DNA of 64,000 bases, taken from positions 23,904,001-23,968,000 of the forward strand of contig CP068257.2 in the NCBI GenBank assembly GCA_009914755.4. The letters run 5' to 3'. This document shows positions 61,484 through 64,000 of this stretch, piece after piece (within the stretch, counting starts at the first letter, position 1; every line of letters starts with the position of its first letter). Below the pieces are notes generated by a model. It worked only from the letters and a program-made list of their open reading frames with translations, had not been told where the DNA came from and ran no database searches. Made by a program: the position numbers and the translations under genes. The DNA comes from the human T2T-CHM13v2.0 reference genome, Homo sapiens.

Positions 61484-64000
61484 TCAGCGATGACATCCTC
61501 TAGCGCGTGGCTTAACTTTCAATTGTGCCGGGTAGGTTCTTAGTTCGGCTGGAGTGGGTCTGCACCCCGGTTCTCCCCTTAGCTGTGGTAATAGAGGCCT
61601 CGGAACACGTCCCCTTGACTTTGGAGAGGACGTTGTAATTCCTAAGAGCTCTTTACAAATTTTCTAGTTTAGTTTATATAGTATAGGATGTATAGGAGAA
61701 GGCATCCCGGGGCAGAATTTTTGTCTCTAGTTCACTGATGTATCCCAAGCGCCCAGAACAGAGCACAGCGCAGTCAGCGCTCAACAGATGTTTCTTGAAT
61801 GAATGAATGAATGAATGCCCTTGCAGGCAAACTTCAGCTCATTGTCTAATTTTTCTGTCCTACCAGGACGTGAGTGTTATTTGAAGTAAGCACTCTGTAG
61901 GTACAGGATGGAAATATTTTCATTTACAGTAGTTTAATTCTGTGGCTTTACTTAAGGGTGTCGAATTCAGCCTTTCCCCCACTCTGTCCTTTGCCTTGCA
62001 ATTGGAATGCGCCGCCACCAGGTGGAAGTGCCGCCTAAGGTACAAATATGACCCTGCGCCACGATAGATCGACCGTCTCCTTGGCCCAAATGTTACACTC
62101 ACAACCACTGCGCCAGGAAAGTGTAAGTATCTTCACTTTTTAAAATGGGAAATGTAAGTGACGGAGCTTGGATTTACATCCAGTCTACATTTTACCAGGC
62201 TACATTTCATTTAAGATCCTAATTCAAACCACGAAATGTACATATATACATATAGTGTTGGAGGGCGGGTGTATCTTTTGCTTCCTCAAATTTGCATACA
62301 GTTCCCATGAAAGCTGTCTGTTTCATCGGCCTTTTAGAGCCTGTACCCATTTAACCTTACCTAGAAACACTCTAGTGCCCTTAGAACATCTTAGAGCCAC
62401 ATTTAAGCAAAGCCTCTGAACATAAACTTAAGCAAGTTTGATCACAAACCCATTGGAGGCAGGTAATTGGAGTTCACCGGTATGAGAAATTAACCTAGTT
62501 GAAAGGTTGTCACTAGTGATAATGGCCAAAAAATACTATGTGCCAATCATAGGGCTTGGTTTATTAATTTTCACAACCTACCTGAGCAATTGGCATAATA
62601 ATCTTCATATTCCAGGAAAATAAATTCAGGTTTTAAGAGCTTGAGAGACATACCCGAGGTAAATCTTTGGCCAAGAATTCCCCCCAAATATTTTCTTACT
62701 CTGAATCTTCTTTATCTTGCCTTCTTTATCAACCAGCTCCCCAAATCTTAGTCTCATTCTGTCAATGTCTCTGCCAAATAAAAAGTATCAAGTCTGTAAC
62801 AGTAAATATCTAAGATAAGCCTGGATCATTACTGTGCCAGAAAGCCTACAACTAACTATAAAATACAGACAAACAGAAACATGTTAAAAAGGACGGCGGA
62901 CCAAGCTCGAAGGTCCTCCCGCTGTCCAAATTTGGGAGAGTTTGCATAACAAAAAGAATAATGCTGAAATATTATGACATGTATATTAAAAATTCATGAA
63001 TCCGTAATGACACTCAAGAATAAATCAGTGTAGAAAGAGTGAAGAGAGTTTTCTGTACAAAAGAATGCCAGATAATAAAAGTCATAGGAATAATAGAATA
63101 GGGAAAATCACCATTCTGCATCTACCAATGTAACCATTGGTACAGGAAGGGATCGTCAATAGATGCTAAAATCAGTAGAGAAAGTTTGTTGAGGATCAAT
63201 ATAGTCACATAGTCTCTAACTATCACCTCACAAATTACTGACAAAATACAAATGGATAAGTGAAACTTTTCAATGGAGAAATCTGGTGGATATCATCATC
63301 AAGTGGTCAAACTTATCATCACCCAAAATGAGACAATCTGACATTATTTGTGCTTCTTGGTTGTGATATAAACAATATTATCTATGGAGTATTCCTAACA
63401 TAAATATTTAACCTGAATCTAAAGAATTATGAGGAAATCAGGTATATCCAAAAAGTGATATATTCTACAAAACAACTGACCTAAACTCTTCAAAAATGTA
63501 AGTTTTATGAAAGATGAACCCCCAAATAGTTAATAAACTGTCCTAAATTAAAGGAGACTAAAGAAATATACAGTTATTATCAATGCATGATCCTCGCTAG
63601 GTTTTGGATCAGGAAAAAAATTTACAAAGAATGTTATTGTGACAGAGAAACTTGAACTGTATACTAAATAATATTATATCAATGTTATACTTCTTGGATA
63701 CAATAATAGTGTCATGGTCATATAGGAAATAATCCTTATTCTTAAGATATATATATTAAAATATTTAGGAACCAAATATCACTATGCCTATAACAAACTC
63801 CCAAATGTTTCAGCAAAAACAGGGAGCTCTAATATTGAGGGAGGGAACAAGACAAATTTAGCAAATGTGGCAAAATGTTAACAATTAGAGAATCTAAGTG
63901 AGGATTTTAGTTGAACTACTCCTTCAACTTTATTCTGAAATGTTTCAACATCAAAACTTTGGAGAATAACTTCAGTGGTTTTCAACCATGAAAGTTTATT

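Overview
This window is human (primate) nuclear DNA, not a prokaryotic or accessory-element region. The sequence fits chromosome 21q21.3, the MIR155HG-MRPL39 interval.

Evidence for the organism: about 20 Alu elements, many with target-site duplications; several old L1 fragments; MIR SINE fragments; CpG-island promoters; GT-AG introns.

MIR155HG (BIC): the complete miR-155 host gene lies on the + strand with three exons. The transcription start is near 15712, behind an AP-1/TATA core promoter. Exon 2 is 23415-23499. Exon 3 is 27468 to about 28739. The canonical pre-miR-155 hairpin is at 27555-27619, with miR-155-5p at 27558-27580. I called exon 1 by recalling the BIC cDNA and matching it to the sequence, not by a database search.

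MRPL39: the complete gene lies on the - strand. I reconstructed 10 coding exons by hand from splice sites and reading-frame continuity; they total 1017 nt, giving a 338 aa protein. The start codon is at 61042 and the stop at 39271-39273. Its CpG-island promoter is at about 60690-61480.

The 60+ aa ORFs in the supplied six-frame track lie in CpG islands or Alu/L1 repeats, not real genes. The only track hits on real coding exons are fragments of MRPL39 (50858..51148, 46361..46624 and 60950..61312).

I find no CRISPR array, no defence-island-like gene cluster and no support for a previously undescribed system. The locus is well characterised.

The items below that deserve a second look are structural or regulatory details:
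- promoter motifs of MIR155HG;
- an approximately 240 bp inverted duplication in MRPL39 intron 2;
- young AluY insertions with intact target-site duplications;
- Alu A-tails that have become microsatellites;
- a polypyrimidine tract in MRPL39 intron 5;
- a possible divergent transcript from the MRPL39 promoter.
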